Assembly: GCF_963921235.1 (NCBI RefSeq)
Contig: NC_086109.1
Coordinates: 15,502,001-15,566,000, forward strand
Source of the DNA: Mobula hypostoma
Lineage: Eukaryota
Direction of reading: 5' to 3'
DNA length: 64,000 bases
Positions 62,043-64,000 of this stretch are shown one piece after another (position 1 is the first letter of the stretch; each line of letters opens with the position of its first letter). The notes under the pieces were generated by a model that did not search any database, was not told where the DNA came from, and saw only the letters and a program-made list of their open reading frames with translations. The translations under genes and the position numbers were made by a program.

Positions 62043-62625
62043 AAACGAGAGAAAATCTCAGATGCTGGAAATCCAAGCAACACACACACACACAAAATGC
62101 TGGAGGACACAGCAGGGCCACCTACTGCCACGATGAGGCCACACTTGGGTTGGAGGAGCGACACCTTATATTCCGTTCTGGGTAGCTTCCAACCTGATGG
62201 CATGAATATTGATTTCTCGAATTTCCAGTAATGCCTCCCACCCTCTCCCTTCACTATTCCCCATTCCCATTTCCCTCTCTCACGTTATCTCCTTACCTGC
62301 CCATCACCTCCCCCGGTTCTCCTCTCCCTTCCCTTTCTTCCGTGGCCTTCTATCCTCTCCTATCAGATTCCCCCTTCTCCAACCCTTTATCTCTTTCACT
62401 AATTGACTTCCTAGCTCTTTACTTCACCACTAACCCCCCCCCCCCACGGTTTTACCTATCACCTATTACTTCGTATTTCTTCCTCCCCCCTCCCCCCCCC
62501 CACTTTCTTACTCTGACTTCTCATCTTGTTTCTCCAGGTCTGATGAAGGGTCTCGGCCTGAAATGCCGACTGTTTACGTTTTCACACAGATGCTGCCTGG
62601 CCTGCTGAGTTCCTCCAGCATTTTA
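62043..62625 (+). mobile_element. Penelope-like 3' end preceded by a short inverted terminal piece (62043-62112)
   Basis: EATLGLEERHLIFR/LGSFQPDGMNIDFSNFQ*; hammerhead-like motif 62535-62572. Confidence 0.8.
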
Positions 62626-62819
62626 TGTACGGGACCTGTTACCATGCTGTACCTCTAAATAAAATTCAATAAAGTAAATAAACAAACAAATAAATAAAAG
62701 CTTTGTAGGGGAAGTTTCCTCAGAAAGGAGAAGCAATATATAATTTGCTGCCAGACTAATGGCCAGACATATCTTTAAATTTAAAATTTGAAAGCTGAAT
62801 AGCTTTGCAATAACCCTTG

Positions 62820-63170
62820 CCAATGTGTCTCACCTCATTCTCAGAAGCAATGAGTTCAAGTCCTTCTGATAAGACATTAATCTCAGGGCTTGTCAGTCTG
62901 AAATACACAGAAGACTCTTTGCCACTATTTTACAGAGGGGAAGATAGTTATGCCCAAGGCTTTAGCCCATGTATATCCTTCGGTTAACATTTGTATATCA
63001 GATTATTTTGTCAGTGTCAACACAGAATCTTGTTGTGTACTGAAAATTGGCTCTACACTTTCATATATTACAGCATTGGCTGCAATATTTATTGCTCTGT
63101 AAAGAAAAATCTGAACTATTCTGAGGCTGACAAAGGCACTGAGTGGAAATGCACAAGTTTCTGAAAAAGG
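62820..63170 (+). mobile_element. Degenerate Deu-domain-like SINE
   Basis: tgagttcaagtcc B-box; gccactattt...cagattattttgtca...cttgttgtgtactgaaaattggct...atattacagca follows the DeuSINE block order. Confidence 0.5.
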
Positions 63171-63219
63171 AGAGTATTTCAGATATTCTTAGCTGGAAGA
63201 CTTTACCTTGAGTACATAG

Positions 63220-63511
63220 AGACATGGCTATAAGCAGCATTGGGGTCCCACAGGGGACTGTACTGGCTGCCTTCCTGTTCACCCTGTATACCTCGGACTT
63301 TAGATACCACACTGAGTCATGTCATCTGCAGAAAATCTCTGATGACTCAGCAATAGTTGGGTGTATAAAAGGAGGCTGGGAGGATGAATACAGGGCCCTT
63401 GTCAAATGGTGCAAGCTGAATCATCTGCAGCTCAACATCAGTAAGACAAAGGAGATGGTGATGGACTTTAGGAAGACTAAGCCAGCACTGCTCCTTGTAA
63501 CTATTGATGGT
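63220..63511 (+). mobile_element. Rex1/Babar RT fragment (same family as 29880-30180)
   Basis: GVPQGTVLAAFLFTLYTSDFRY...KISDDSAIVGCI...LNISKTKEMVMDFRK. Confidence 0.85.
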
Positions 63512-63530
63512 TTGTCTGTTGCCCGGTGTA

Positions 63531-64000
63531 CACTCAGTGGCCACTTTATTCAATACACCTGGTCACCAGCTCATTAATGCAAATATCTAATCAGCCAGTC
63601 ATGGTGGGAACAACTCAATGCATAAAAGCACGCAGACATGGTCAGGTGGTTCAGTCATTGTTTGGATCAAACTTCAGAATGGGGAAGAAATGTGGTCGAA
63701 GAATGAAAGTTCAGTGGCTTGAGTACCTCAGAACTGCTGATCTCCTGAGATTTTCATGCACAACAATTTCTAGAGTTTACAGAGAATGGTGTGCAAAACA
63801 AAGGAAACATCCAATGAGTGGCAGTTCTGTGGGTGAAAATGCCCTTTAAACGAGAGAGGTCAGAGGAGAATGGCCAGACTGGTTCAAGCTGACAGGAAGA
63901 TGAAAGTAACTCAAATAACCACGTGTGAAAAAGAGCATTACTGAATGCACATTTCAAATCTTGAAGTGGATGGGCTGTAGCAACAGAAGACCATGAACAT
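63531..64000 (+). mobile_element. Tc1-like non-autonomous element, running off the window end
   Basis: ta|cactcagtggccactttatt; TADLLRFSCTTISRVYREWC...MGCSNRRP. Confidence 0.85.

Noticed and set aside
1..64000. CRISPR arrays, operons, prokaryotic or phage systems
   Set aside because: No regularly spaced repeat-spacer array and very low coding density; the content is vertebrate transposon relics

Overview
Eukaryotic, repeat-dominated vertebrate genomic DNA. The repeat set (V-domain tRNA-derived SINEs of the HE1 type, degenerate Deu-domain-like SINEs, abundant CR1, Rex1/Babar, Penelope-like, Tc1 and Gypsy relics) points to a cartilaginous fish (inference). I found no intact full-length gene, RNA gene or CRISPR array. 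Nearly all ORFs in the track are broken retroelement or transposase fragments, or spurious frames. The only host-gene candidate is a possible terminal exon at 50829-50904 (+), gene not identified. Main observations: (1) about ten dispersed copies of a minimal type-I hammerhead-ribozyme motif (consensus CAGTC-CTGATGA-A-GGG-TCTCGG-CCC-GAAAC-GTC-GACTG) at the ends of Penelope-like elements and short non-coding derivatives; (2) a four- to five-level nested retroelement stack at ~23.7-31.5 kb that includes an atypical FADDC-type CR1-clade LINE and a perfect 40-bp fold-back; (3) a block-conserved, locally duplicated non-coding element (35.65 kb and 38.35 kb) with a DR1-like motif next to a TATA-like box. 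Repeat boundaries were read by eye and are approximate unless a TSD or TIR is quoted.
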